Part shown: one piece after another, positions 27,475-41,980 of the stretch
Layout of the letters: each line of letters starts with the position of its first letter
Numbering within the stretch: the stretch's first letter is position 1
Assembly: GCA_951406725.2 (NCBI GenBank)
Contig: OX597819.1
Coordinates: 43,834,001 to 43,898,000 of the forward strand
Length of the DNA: 64,000 nt
Source: Octopus vulgaris
Taxonomy: Eukaryota
Reading direction: 5' to 3'
Translations under genes and position numbers: made by a program
Notes under the pieces: generated by a model
Databases searched by the model: none
What the model saw: the letters and a program-made list of their open reading frames with translations, nothing else
What the model was told of the DNA's origin: nothing

Positions 27475-27477
<3 letters not shown>

Positions 27478-27512
<35 letters not shown>

Positions 27513-27648
27513 GTCGTCGTCGTCGTCGTTGTTGTTGTCGTTATTATTTCCGGTATTTCTATTATTGTTTTTGTCGTAATTGACGATGTTATTGTGATTG
27601 TGACGGTTTATTATTGTCTTTATTATTATTATTATTATTATTATTGTC

Positions 27649-27689
<41 letters not shown>

Positions 27690-27697
27690 TACTATTA

Positions 27698-27732
<35 letters not shown>

Positions 27733-27752
27733 GTTATTATTATTATTATTGC

Positions 27753-27786
<34 letters not shown>

Positions 27787-27968
27787 GTTATTGTTATTGT
27801 TATTTCTATTATCGTCATCGTTGTAGTTACTGCTACTGCTGCTGCTGCTGCTGCTGCTGTTACAGTCGGGAATTTGATTAAATAAACATTCTATTTTATT
27901 TTAATTTGAAATAATTAAAACCAAAACAAAATCACTTTTCACAAATGTTTCATTAATTGCAATACGGC

Positions 27969-28005
<37 letters not shown>

Positions 28006-28348
28006 GCAGCAGCAACGGCGATGACGACTACGTCAGCCACAACAATAACAACAAAAGTAAAGCAACACAACTATAAAAATCAAACATACCAAACACACTC
28101 ATACATATACACAGCACACACGTATAATCACAGACACAGATATACAGGAATAATCACGCGCACATACTACAACACACACACACACACACATTAACAGGTA
28201 CTCTGACACACTGGTACGCATATACATATTCACACTGACAAACAGTCATACACACACACACACACGCGAAGTGTCCCATACACTCACACATACGAATAGT
28301 CACAGTTACACACACATACACACGCACGCACACACGCACGCACACACG

Positions 28349-28390
<42 letters not shown>
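27478..28390. repeat. Compound (CAT/ATT/CTG/CAA/CA)n field
   Basis: Direct reading. Confidence 0.9.
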
Positions 28391-28819
28391 CATATTTCTA
28401 CTGAAACAAAAACAGAATTCTTACCCTCCGGCAACGAAGTACTAACCACAATGCTTTCGTTATTTAGACACATCCATAGAGGGTTTTACATAGAAATGTG
28501 TGTGGTTGAATTCATTAGCAACACTGAATTACTGGTATTTGATTCTGGAATGATGGGTTGTGTTAGCAGAAAGGCCAGAGAGTCAAGTACGGTGCATTTA
28601 AGTATTTAATCTCTGCTTCTGTGTTTTGATTCAAAGTCCACCGCAGTCGAATTTACTTTTACAGATTAAGCATTTAGGGATTGATTTAATCCAATGTTTC
28701 ACAACAATTTCTTAGCTATTGGCCCCTTTGAATCCTGTTTCACTCTACTGGGCCTATAAGAATCTTACTGAATATTCATTGTTAAATATTCTTTTCTACT
28801 CTAGTATATAAATACTTTG

Positions 28820-29140
28820 TGGAGGCGCGTGGCTTAGTGGTTAGGGTGTCAGCATCATAATCGTAAGATTGTGGTTTCGATTCCTGGGCCAGGCAACGCG
28901 TTGTGTTCTTGAGTAAAACACTTCATTTCACATTGCTCCAGTCCACTCAGCCGGCAAAAATGAGTAACGCTGCGATGGACTGGTGTCCCGTCCAGCAGGG
29001 AACACATGCACCATAGAAACCGAGATTCTGGGCCCATGAGCCTGGCTAGGCTTTAAAAGGGCGCATTTTTTGTGAAGGCGCGTGACCTAGTGGTTAAGAT
29101 GTCAGCATCATGATCGTAAGGCTTTAAAAGGGCGCATTTA
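28820..29140 (+). mobile_element. SINE group C followed by a head-plus-tail-only deleted duplicate
   Basis: Full copy ends GGCTTTAAAAGGGCGCATTT. A second head at 29073 joins directly to the same tail. Confidence 0.88.
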
Positions 29141-29229
29141 TTTATATATTTATATAAATACTTATCCAATTCTTTATCCCCATTCAAGCTACCCAACCAA
29201 TGAGAATGTCCCTTTTACATTTTCTTCTC

Positions 29230-29580
29230 TATTCAAGGTACAAGGCCCGAAATTTTGGGGGAGGAGGGGCCAGTAGATTAGATCAATCTCAGTACGCAAC
29301 TGGTATTTAATTTATCGACTCCGAAAGAATGAAAGGCAAAGTCGACCTCGGCGGAATTTGAAATCAGAACGTAAAGACAGACGAAATACCTATTTCTTTA
29401 CTACCCACAATTAAGTCGATTACATCGACTCCAGTGCGTAACTGGTACTTAATTTATCGACCCCGAAAGGATGAAAGGCAAAGTCGACCTCAGCGGAATT
29501 TGAACTCAGAACGTAACGGCAGACGTAACGGCTACGCATTTCGCCCGGCGTGCTAACGTTTCTGCCAGTTCGCTGCCTTC
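29230..29580 (-). mobile_element. SINE group A dimer
   Basis: Two GATGAAAGGCAAAGTCGACCTC-type cores. Confidence 0.88.
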
Positions 29581-29639
29581 TTATTGTTAAATATTATTTA
29601 GTAGAAGAATCCTACTGAATTCTCACTATTAAATATTAT

Positions 29640-30170
<531 letters not shown>

Positions 30171-30192
30171 AACAATATTTTATACGGATCCC

Positions 30193-30410
30193 AAGGCGGC
30201 GAGCTGGCATAAACGTTAGCACGTCGGGCGAAATGCTTAACGGGATTTCGTCTGTCTTTATGTTCTGAGTTCAAATTCCGCCGAGATCGACTTTGCCTTT
30301 ATTCCTTTCGGGGGGTCGATAAATTAAGTACCAGTTACGTGCTAGGGTCGATCTAATCGACTGGCCCCCTCCCCCAAAATTTCGGGCCTTGTACCTAGAT
30401 TAGAAAATAA
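30193..30410 (+). mobile_element. SINE group A
   Basis: Full head, core and tail; flanks share AATATTTTATA-C/T-GGAT. Confidence 0.9.
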
Positions 30411-32323
30411 TATTTTATATGGATTCCAAGAACCATACGGACCCAGGTTGACAACAACTGATTTAATTGGTAGTACCCTCAGCTAAGATAATTGGTGGTC
30501 TGGCAAGTCTAAGTGAAATCGTTACTCAGTTCAATCCCTGCCTCTGAAATGTTTGCATGTAAAAGGGTAAAAGGACATTACAATAGAATTATGTACCTTT
30601 TAGACATGAGCTGTGGTAACACGCTCTCTTATGAAAAATGCATCGTTCATTACCATCGAAGCATTGGACCAAGACACTAACCCATGCTTCTTTTTCCTTC
30701 CTAAAACACAAACATCCCGTCTTCGCATATCTAACTCAGTTTTATTCTCCACACTACAATCCCTGTTTTTTTTTCACCCTTTTTGTCGGAAAGGCGTTAT
30801 GCATACTCTCCTCATGATACACCTCACCCACACTGACGTTTCTAAAAGGAGACAGCCCACACCTATGCAATGATAATACTCGATCTTAAAGTCTTTGTCC
30901 CTCATCATAAATAATTTGCTGTACATTTACCAGTTGCTTAACTATCCCTTGCTGTATATTTAGGACACCTATTGTATTACCATCATCCTTCAACGCCCAT
31001 AACTTCTCGTGTTTCATGTACTCTTCCGTACGCTTCCCGATTCAGAGGCTTGATCGTTTGCCATCCTTAAGAGCCTGCTAAAATTATTATCATTGACTGA
31101 TATATATCGCTGTCCAAACATTCTTGACCTCGATATTAAAATTCAAAACGAACTGGCAAGCTAACTTCTTTTGGCAAGCTTACATCCTAATGTATGGCGC
31201 CCTCGTTTCACATCTCGTTGCAGGTTGTTTTAGTGAAAGCAAAATAGAATTCAGATTTCTTTCCAACAGATCAGACGACTTCAAAGAAAAAAAAAAGTGC
31301 TTTCCTTGTGATATTGAATTTTTAGATTGGCACGATTCCACAAACTTATTGGCGAAAGGATATCGTCGGTTGAATCTATCCCAATATATTATTTGGATAT
31401 CAAGAAATATTAAGTCCTCAGCGCTGCTCTATTCAACGTATCATATGCTGATATGCTGAATAATCTACAAGTTATATGAAAAAGGAAATCAGTAACATAC
31501 AAAATGAAATGTGAGGTGGGGTACGTTGAAACATATAAGATATATAAATATATGGAAACATAACACAGATACATATAGAAACATTATACAGATATGTAGG
31601 AAAACAATTTCTCTCAGATATTGGGTGGTTATAATACTTATCAGAGCAGAATATATTAAAATATTGACATCGTATGCGACGAGAAAAAAGCTCGTTTGGT
31701 CTTTATGCATCAATATTTTGTTGAATTAAGGCGGTGAGCTGGCAGAATCGTTAGCACGTCGGACAAAATGCTTAGCTGCATTTCGTTTGTCGTTACGTTC
31801 TGAGTTCAAATTCCTCCTAGGTCGACTTTACCTTTCATTCTTTCGGGGTCATATAATAAGAACTAGTTTATCACTGGAGTCGATGTAATCGACTTAACCA
31901 CTCCCCCCACACAAATTCCTGACCTTGTATCAAAATTTGAAACCAATATTTCGTTGAATATTTTGCAATGTCTAGTTACGGACCTTTATGTTGTACGTTC
32001 AAATCCAGCTGAGCTTGACTTTATCTTTCATCTTTCCGTACTTGATAAACTTGATAAAATTTGGTGTATTTTATAGGGGAGGCACAGTCAGTTCATGCGA
32101 CAATTGGATAAGTGTCAATGCACGAAACTCTTGTCCCTTGATTTGTGAATTCTGACTTCTCTGGGTTCTCATGATTGGAATTCTATTTCCCTGTTGTATC
32201 ACCAAACCTATGTGTGTGTGTGGTGGGGTATGTAATATATATATATATATATATATAATATATATATATATCACATATATATATATTATATATACTATAT
32301 ATATATATTATATATATATATAT

Positions 32324-32385
<62 letters not shown>

Positions 32386-32544
32386 TGGCAAAAATGAGTA
32401 ACGCTGCGATGGACTGGCATCCCGTCCAGCTGTGGAACTCATACGCCATAGAAACCGGGAAATCGGGCCCATGAGCCTGGTTAGGCTTTAAAAGGGCGCA
32501 TTTATTATTTATTTTATATATATATAAAATATATATATATTTGT

Positions 32545-33015
32545 AAATTGAAAGTAAACAGAAAATAGAGGAGTATTGATCAACAACTACTGACTAATAT
32601 CAATTATTACTTTTTAATACAAATAGACTGTAACCCACCTAACAGCTGTTTCTGCTTCCAATTTTCTACGGTATTCCCATTGAAAATTCTGAAAATAATA
32701 TTCATCATATTTGGTAAGACATACGATCAGGAACATAGAGCTTCATCAGAGTGAAGAAAAATACATACATAAGAGAAAAGAAAAGAAAAGAAAGAAAAGA
32801 AAAGAAGAGCCTCGAGAAGAAGATGGAAGGCTTAATATATTTAAATCACTCTATTTTGCATGTGTCGCAAATTTTCAATGGCAATACCGTATAACATTGG
32901 CAGTAGAAACAGCTGTTAGGTGGGATACAGTCTATTTGTATTAAAAAGTAATAATTGAGATTAGTCAATTGTTGTTGATCGATATTTCTCCATTTTCTGT
33001 TTGCTTTAAATTTGA
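32545..33015. mobile_element. Inverted pair of PLE-like terminal repeats (arms about 145 bp)
   Basis: 32545-32690 is the diverged reverse complement of about 32868-33015. Both arms carry GAAACAGCTGTTAGGTG. Confidence 0.85.
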
Positions 33016-33177
33016 TTCCTGATAAACTCATGTTTATCTTTCTCATTTCCTGTAACCTATGAGCGTAATATGCTTGCATATGTATGCCCAGGGTTAACAT
33101 AAGTAATTATACAGTTAGTAAAACGGATATTTTTATCCCTTAGACAGTTTTTTTCCAACCTCTAACTTTACTAGCCT

Positions 33178-33290
<113 letters not shown>

Positions 33291-35339
33291 TCAAACACAC
33301 ATATACACAATTCACAGATGAGATCCAGATAGTCTCCGTATAGAAGACACTTCGTGCTCTAAAGATTCAAACTCCGGTGTCTTTACAAGGGATCATTCCA
33401 CAGGGTGAAGAAAGGCTATAAGAGGGATCGAATCGAGCGGGTATAGCAGGAATTATAGGGATAAACAAATGAAACACATCAAATATATTAAATATATTAA
33501 ATACATCAAATACAATATATATGTATACATGCAAAACGAGAGAAAACAAAAGGTGTAAACTATCAGATGATGAATTCATATGTATAAATATATAAATATT
33601 TATTTCAATAGGTTCAACTTAAACAGAGTATGAACGACAGAGAAAGTTAAAGGGATGGAAGAAAGGTATTATAAGTCACACACTCATGAGTGTGTGTGTG
33701 TGTATTTATATATAATATACATACTTTGAAATTCTGAAATTCTTAAAAACCTGTCTCAAATAATTTTGATACCTCTAACAGCGTATTGGTAGTTCAGTTC
33801 TTGGGCCCAGCTTCGCAAACTTTTACGCATGTAGTATATAAAATATAAAATATCGCAGCAAGCAGCTATAATATACAAGTCTCATTATGTTGCCAATATG
33901 CAGATAATACATATGTGCTTGTCAAAGATAAGAAACAATTATTTGACCAGAAGGAGTCATTAACAAACCATTCGGCAATTAAATTCGCACACGAGTTAAG
34001 GATCAATAACATAGCTAACATGCATGCACACGCAGTACTTACATCACTGTAATTTACACTAAACTCCCACGAACAATTGTGTTTATATCAATAAAAATAG
34101 AGATTGTCCCCGAAGATACAACATAACTGTCATAAAATTGCTACGTCGTAGCGCACATTTAATATGTTGCAACCAACGGTAGCTCCGTGTTGAAATTGCT
34201 GGAATAAAGCAGATATGATTCAATAATGGATATTAAAATATACTATATTACCTTGCGAGATGTAAGTAGAAAATCAACAACACCAATATATTCTACAACC
34301 AATCCTCACATAATACAGACACTGTGCATAAAGTATAACTAAAAATAAAAACAAAACAAACAAACGATGGAAAACACAATGTAGATTACATTACTGACTG
34401 GAAAAAATAGTTGAATGTGCTCTTAGAAATATAACATAATGTCTCGTCTGTTAACGTGAACGATAAAGTCAAAATCATTTTATAGTGACAAAATAACAAA
34501 CCAGCAGAACTATTTAAATACAATGACAAGGCGCCTCTCAGGGTCAACCAGACAGAAATAATGCAGTCTATTATGTCACCCTAGTCACATGCCCGTATTA
34601 TAGTTGCAAACATCTAAGCATCGACAGCATTGGTGAAATATGTGCAAGTTTATGTAGAGTATCTCTCTTTATATTTCGAGAAGAGCGCCCCGGAATACTC
34701 AACATTGTATCCAGTTTAATACCACCGTCTGACCCTGGTTGATTTTAGTGAAGTGTATTCTGTTACTAGCATCGACACCAAGCTTCAGACAGTAGAATAC
34801 CTCAATCTCTTGATACCCAGGTTCTCATTAGACTTTCTTATGCGCAGTGTCATTGTTTTTCAGAGGGTGTATGCTGAAAAAATTTCCAAAGGAGGTCCAC
34901 GGGCAGATATTGCCTCAGCCTGCCCAGCCAGCTGGTGTATCCGTTTTTTCTAAGCCCGAGATTGGTACCCCAGGGAGAGTAAAACTTTTGAGAAACCCAA
35001 CCAAAGCTTCATATATCTCACTGGACTACTTACGAGCAACGAATTAGGGCTTATCTACCAGAGAGTCGTAGTCTTGCCCCAGCACAATTACGGGCGCACA
35101 TAAAATTTCACGGAATGTTAAAAATCAAAATAGTTTCCAATCCTCTAGAAATTTTCCTTCTGTTTCTCGAAAATCCGCAGATTCAGTCCATTCTGGGCCC
35201 CACACATTACCTCCTTGTAACAAACAAACCTCTACGTCATGTACCTCTTTGATATAAATTTCTGTGGCCATAGTCTATTTTACGATACAAACTTCATTTT
35301 ATAACCAGACTTCGTCTGCTGCTTCGTTCTCCGAACTCC

Positions 35340-35990
35340 CCAATTAATCAAAATATGCTTGATTTCAATTCATTCAACTTTGACGGCATCCAACCGCCTT
35401 CCATTCACTAATGATGTCGTCAATCTTAGTGTATTGAAATAGTCACAACTCCCATTATCTCTGATACTCTTCCTCATCGGCAGTGCTTGCGTAGAAACAG
35501 AAATGTTGACTAACCTCAAGTCTCTACACCACTTAGTAACGTCTATTACTGTATTTCTAACACATGCATACACTCCAAGCACCACAGATCTATTTCTCAT
35601 CTCCAAATCCATTTTCTACCAAGCTATCACCGTTCCTGCAACTATCGGATTGTCCTATCACTAACTGGATACGGTTATTCACTATACATTCAAACTCTAT
35701 GCAAGCCCAACATAGCCTGAATTTTTCGGCTCTTCAAGGACTCCAAGTAACACTGATTTCTATTCAAATGATACCACCCTACATTGTTCCCCTTCCTCCT
35801 CTACTCAATCATCGTCTACATGTACCTTTGACACATTAAGTCATATCTTCAATCTCTCTATAAGCAAAACCCTCGCGAATATTCTGCGATGTGGTAATTT
35901 CATGTGTCCTTCCACACAGAAAAGATAATCACTGCATATATCAAAGTATCATAACAAGCTTACACCCTTTTAAAACCACTAAGTCACCAC
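35340..35990 (+). pseudogene. Decayed APE-endonuclease LINE fragment (CR1/Jockey group)
   Basis: HAYTPSTTDLFLISKS...TVPATIGLSYH (resembles xLDLFLT...GxSDH) and a downstream SHIFNLSI segment. Confidence 0.5.
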
Positions 35991-36567
35991 AAACTCCAGA
36001 CCTGCAATCACTAATGATCTCTCTCTCCCCCTCTCTCTCCCTCTCTTTTGCTCTCTCTCTCTCACACACTCTCTCTCTCTCACACACACTCTCTCTCTCA
36101 CACACTCTCTCTCTCTCACTACTACAGTTGTCGATTCTCTACAAAATTTAAGTGTGACTTACAATGTAATATTCTTTCCATATAAGAGCTTAGGCTGCTG
36201 TTAGACATACAAATATCCTAAATTACATTCAAAGGTAGGCCATCTGACTGATTGGCATGGAGTCACTCAACAACACACTTCGAAATCTAACCCTCAGATA
36301 TGTTGTCACCTCACTCTCTCTACTATTGTTTCTCCAATGTTTTTTTTACCTTTCAGAGTGAGTTGATTGCGAACAACTTCCAGTTTCGACAGAAAACAAT
36401 GTAAACATTGCTGCAAAACTAAGCACTATAGATTTCGCCTATGCTTGGATGGCCACCAAATATTGACCTAATAGTCGTAATATCTTTCAACTCTTTGCTA
36501 AATAATGGGAAAGGTTTTTGCTCCCAGTTAGAATCTGATATCTATCACTATAATGTATTTTTCTGTA

Positions 36568-36980
36568 GGCGTAGGAGTGGCTGTGTGGTAAGTAGCTTGC
36601 TTACCAACCACATGGTTTCGGGTTCAATCCCACTGCATGGCACCTTGGGCAAGTGTCTTCTACTATAACCTCGGGCCGTCCAAAGCCTTGTGAGTGGATT
36701 TGGTAGACGGAAACTGAAAGAAGCCCGTCGTATATATGTATATGTATATGTATGTATGTGTATATGTTTGTGTGTCTGTGTTTGTCCCCCCAATATCTCT
36801 TGACAACCGATGCTGGTGTGTTCATGTCCCCTTAACTTAGCGGTTCGGCAAAAGAGACCGATAGAATAAGTACTAGGCTTACAAAGAATAAGTCCTGGGG
36901 TCGATTTGCCCGACTAAAGGCGGTGCTCCAGCATGGCCACAGTCAAATGACTGAAACAAGTAAAAGAGAGTAAAGAGAGT
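36568..36980 (+). mobile_element. SINE group B
   Basis: Near-identical to 12471-12860. Confidence 0.92.
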
Positions 36981-37439
36981 CACGAACGAGAAGGCATTCT
37001 AAAAACTGAAAGATGATCTAAGTTATGTTTTTGATAGAACACCAATCATTAATAAGAGTGTGAGATATAACAAGAAAACAATCCTCAATATTAAAGCTAT
37101 AAAACGGACGAAATGTTATTAATCCTTAGAGGTGGTAATACTGGTGGATTTTGTAGATCGTACCTGACTGATGAATCGGTGTAGATGAGGTTGAGATTTA
37201 TCATTGTTGGTCGACATAAGTACGAAGGGGATTTCATTTCTGGTGAAGAAAAATTAAGAGGAAGGAAAGTTATAGCGAAAGACTGTTTCCTTGACATGCT
37301 CAGAGAATATTTTTTGTTCTGTTAAGGCATTTATATTTCAATTTTCGTGGTCACTATTTTCAGAAGAACTGCATGTTTGGCCTCAGATTTAGTGTGATGG
37401 CATGTTGCAAGATTTATATGCATTTGTTTCTAAATCGAG

Positions 37440-37950
37440 AGTGTTGTCTTAGAAGATATTGCTATGAAATGAATAACAACTGCTTTAGATGAATACAATT
37501 TATGGAACCGTTTGTCGCTGATACAACGAGTGTGAACACTGGGAAAAGAAATAGCATTGTCATTCAGTTGCAATGACTTTGCTCCAAAGGTTTTGAAAGA
37601 ACTGCAATTTATTGGTTGTCAGCATCACATCCTTGATAGAGTTATTCGTGTTGTATTGGATAACGAACTTGGAGAAAACAAGTCATCTCCCAATATTGAA
37701 TATACATTCATCCCAGAGCTTCTAAGTAATTACGAGAAACTCCAGGCTAATTTCAACAATGGCGAAGAAAAGATTACTGAATCAGATGACATGAAATTTA
37801 TATTTTATTTGACCAGAGTTTTTCGTTTCTTTGAAGAAACCGGAAAATTTCCAACTGTAAAGTTTTAAAAATACACAATTTAAGTAATGCAAGATGGAAT
37901 TCTCGAGTAATACTAGCTCTTTTGGCATTTATATTTCTACCAGAGTTTTG
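37440..37950 (+). pseudogene. hAT-superfamily (hATm-like) transposase fragment
   Basis: Collinear motifs across frameshifts: ADTTSVNTG (37520), QFIGCQHHILDRV (CxxH motif), NLSNARWNSR. Confidence 0.75.
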
Positions 37951-37966
37951 CTTCTCAATGTTTGTT

Positions 37967-38159
37967 AAATTAATTTGCTAAGATATTATTAATTTTGTTA
38001 TTGTGTGGTATGACTTTTTGATTAATTTTAATCTTTCAGCTATTTAATGCTTTTCTTGAGCCTTGGTGTCGCCTATATTATTAATTCTGTTTATTACCAT
38101 TTTTTAAAATAGTCATACCAGATAATAATAAAATTAATAATATCTTAGCAAATTAATTT
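37967..38159. repeat. 49-bp imperfect inverted repeat with a 95-bp spacer
   Basis: AAATTAATTTGCTAAGATATTATTAATTTT...GGTATGACT (37967-38015) pairs with 38111-38159. Confidence 0.9.
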
Positions 38160-38303
38160 TTTGGGAATTATTTTTTCTCGTGAATTGCTTGCCCTTGTAT
38201 CAGGAGTATTTCCTCACTGGTGGCTGTAATTTATTTCGGCGCGAAACGAATCAGTTGTGACGCAGTCTTCAATACGATAGGTTGAAGGACTCTATCATGG
38301 TAA

Positions 38304-38360
38304 CGCGTACTGAAGAAGCAAAGGCGATTTTTTTTGCCAGTGCAGAAACCGGTCTACGTG
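38304..38360 (+). ncRNA. Minimal type I hammerhead ribozyme (PLE-type)
   Basis: Stem I CGCGUA/UACGUG, CUGAAGA (38310-38316), stem II GCA...UGC with inner GGCGA/UUGCC, GAAA (38345-38348), palindromic ACCGGU stem III, canonical GUC triplet. Confidence 0.8.
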
Positions 38361-38509
38361 AGTCTAAATACTTAAATGTACGTTAGAAGATTTTATTAAC
38401 CAGATCTGCTTTCGGTTGATTTCTATAGTCATCAGTCTATTTTTGGCGATTTAAATAAGGGTTTTGACTGTTATTTCCAGCAGGTAGACATACTTAGTAT
38501 GTTCTGTGA

Positions 38510-38717
<208 letters not shown>

Positions 38718-39117
38718 TATTTAATAAATCGCATGGTACACACTACCAGGTGTGTACCATACGAGAATCTTTATTAATCACTTTAATCGTTTCGACCCAT
38801 ATACGTGGTACAGCGAGCATGACAGCGTGTGACAAGGCCGTGCCATTGATATAAAGGCACAATCCATTCGGCGGTTTCCATACAATCTTCAGCTACCCAC
38901 TTTCACTCATCAGGTATGAGGTGGTCCGAAGCTATAGAAAATGATACTTTCTCAGAATACCACGCTGTGAACCCGGAATCCCGAATCCCGAACCCAGGAC
39001 CTGAAGGTCGGAAAGGGTTTTTTTTTTTTACCTTTCGATCATATGTACGTGTATATGTGTGTATGTTTGTACGCGAATTTGTATGTATGTATATATGTAT
39101 GTATGTTTATATGCATA

Positions 39118-39458
39118 CTAGCAGTATCGCCCGGCGTTGCTCAGGTTTGTAAGGGAAATAACTATAAAGCATTTTAGAGAGTTATAGCCAAAAAATAGCA
39201 AAAAAATGGAAAAAAAATGATGGTAAATTTTTTTTTGAGAGTTAAAAAAGGTGGAGTTGCGTCCCCTAGACGGTCTGTGGTTTGGGTTTCTGATTCTCGA
39301 CCCCATGTCGAATTTATCAATTTTTTCAGAACTGGGGAACTTTTCAAAATCGTTAGTTTTGAATTATATTGGGCTATGTGTGTGTCAAGTTTATATATGT
39401 ATGTACGAGAAAACAGACACACAGAAAACGCACAGACAAATGTTTATATAGAGAGAGA
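39118..39458 (-). mobile_element. Non-autonomous Helitron
   Basis: Minus strand begins A|TC and ends CTAG|T, with subterminal hairpin CCTGAGCAACGCCGGG and no TSD. Confidence 0.85.
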
Positions 39459-40224
39459 TACCGATGTATGTATGTTGGCACGTATGCATGTATATGTATG
39501 TACGTGTACGTTTTTCAGTTTTTTTCGTTGATGCTAATATTACAGAGGACACTGTTATTGCTGCTGCTACTGCTGCTGCTGCTGCTGCTGGTACGGCTAC
39601 TGCTGCGGCTGCTGCTGCTACCGTTTACCTCGACAGTCATCCTACATATTTGCTTTTGCCAAGGAGTCTTAACCAAGACTATTATAAACAAACGTTTTCA
39701 GACGCTTAATTTCATTATTATATATTGATTCACCTTCTCACACAATCGTCTTCATTACAAATAGCAATGTATGTAGTTGTGTGTCGCTACAGCAGATTAT
39801 TACGTTTTAACAACAAGAAGATAAACAACAAATAAACACCACCACCACTACTACCACCACCACCACCATCACCACCACCAATAATAACAATAATAATAAC
39901 AATAATAATAACAAACACCAACGAGAATAACTCCAATAACTATAAACACATCTACAATTACTGCCGCATCAAGGAAACAGTGCAAAACCTATCCACACTT
40001 TTATACACATATATATACTTACACACCAATGCACATACACGCACCACATATGTGTGTTTACGCGCATACACACATGCACAGACGTACGGACACTTAGACA
40101 GTCACATACTAGCAAATTTTAACCATCATCACCTTTTGGAACTAATATATAAACATATTTTAAAAGCATTATTCTCCATCTTACTCTCACCCACCTCTCT
40201 TTTTTGTCTTTTCTAGCATGCATA

Positions 40225-40332
<108 letters not shown>

Positions 40333-40600
40333 ATTTTCACATGCATGCATAATTATCTGTATGGCATATGTGGGTGTATGTATGTATGTATGTATATATA
40401 TATATATATATATATATGTACATGTAAATACATATATATACATACATATGCATATATATATATGTATATATATATGTGTTAGTGTGCACATATACGTGCA
40501 CACATGCAAACACATACATACATGTATATACATACATACATACATACAAATATATATATATATATATATACATAAATACACTCACACGCATACTGTACAT

Positions 40601-40656
<56 letters not shown>

Positions 40657-41299
40657 TCTGTACATACATATATATATATAACACACGCGCACATGCACGC
40701 ATTCTGTTTCAGCACACGTTCAGTTCTAGCAAAGAGAAAGAGAGAAGTGTTTTATTTTTAATCAATTACTTTATTATTATATAAGTCGAAGAATAAATAA
40801 TGGCAAGATTAATCTATTTTGGCCGCATTTAAAGAGTAATTATATAAATCTAAATACGCGTTTTCCACTCTTCATGTCTCTTTAGTGAAGCTATTACAGG
40901 ACTTATATTTAAAGAAAAATTATATTTCTATCAATAATAGCTTTCAAAAATACTGTCATTTATTGTCACAAGTTCTATGCAGTTATAGAAACCAGATTAG
41001 ATAAGGGATAGATGTGAATAATACTACGCAAAATTCTTTATTCAACTAGATTGAAAGTTCGTCCAGTCATTAGAAATTTCAAATATTTCATTTGTATTCC
41101 TTGCGTCGCGAAATTTCTTCTTGTTCTTTTATAGTTCAGTCCATTTTTGTCAGTAACGGATGATAGTTCCTTGATGTAAGTAATGGTTCGGTCGTTACGC
41201 ATGACTGATTTGCTTTGCGCGCTAAAAACTTGATTGCCATTGAAGATAGTATCTCTTTGTTTTTAAACCAATATGTCTGGATTTTTTCTTTGTATTTTT

Positions 41300-41566
41300 C
41301 TTGTTTTAGTCATTAGACTGCGGCCATGCTGTGGCACCGCCTTGAGCAATTCGCTTTAGTCAATTGAATCGACATCAGTGTATATTTTGTTTTTATTTAT
41401 TTATTTATTTATTTATTTTTGTTAATCCTGGTACTTATTCTATCGTTCTCTTTTGCCGAACCGCTAAGTTACGTGGACGTAAACGCACAACATCGGTTGT
41501 CAAGCGGTGGTGGAGGGAGACGAAGACAGACACAAAGACAAATACATACACACACGCACACATACA

Positions 41567-41602
<36 letters not shown>

Positions 41603-41980
41603 TTATTCTTTTTCTTTTACTCTTTTACTTGTTTCAGTCATTTGACTGCGGCCATGCTGGAACACCGCCTTTAGTCGAACAAATCGACCCCAGGACTTAT
41701 TCTTTGTAAGCCCAGTACTTATTCTATCGTTCTCTTTTGTCGAACCGCTAAGTTACGGAGACATGAACACACCAACATAGGTTGTCAAGCGATGTTGGGG
41801 AGGACAGACAGACACACACACACCTATATATATGTACGACGGGCTTCCTTCAGTTTTCGTCTAACAAATCCACTCACAAGGTTTTGGTCGGCCCGAGGCT
41901 ATAGCAGAAGATACTTGCCTAAGGTGCCACGCAGTGGGACTGAACCCGGAACCACGTCGTTGGTAAGCAAGCTACTTACC
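41300..41980 (-). mobile_element. Two group B SINEs (older 41300-41560, younger 41614-41980)
   Basis: Reverse complement of the group B sequence. Confidence 0.88.

Noticed and set aside
30600-31460. Faint RTE RT (minus) and Tc1/maT-like (plus, ORF 31124-31459) similarities
   Set aside because: Only one or two degenerate motifs each.
34753-35047. Two overlapping 66-aa ORFs after a TTTTTCAG acceptor-like site
   Set aside because: No recognisable family and no convincing donor; adjacent to LINE debris.
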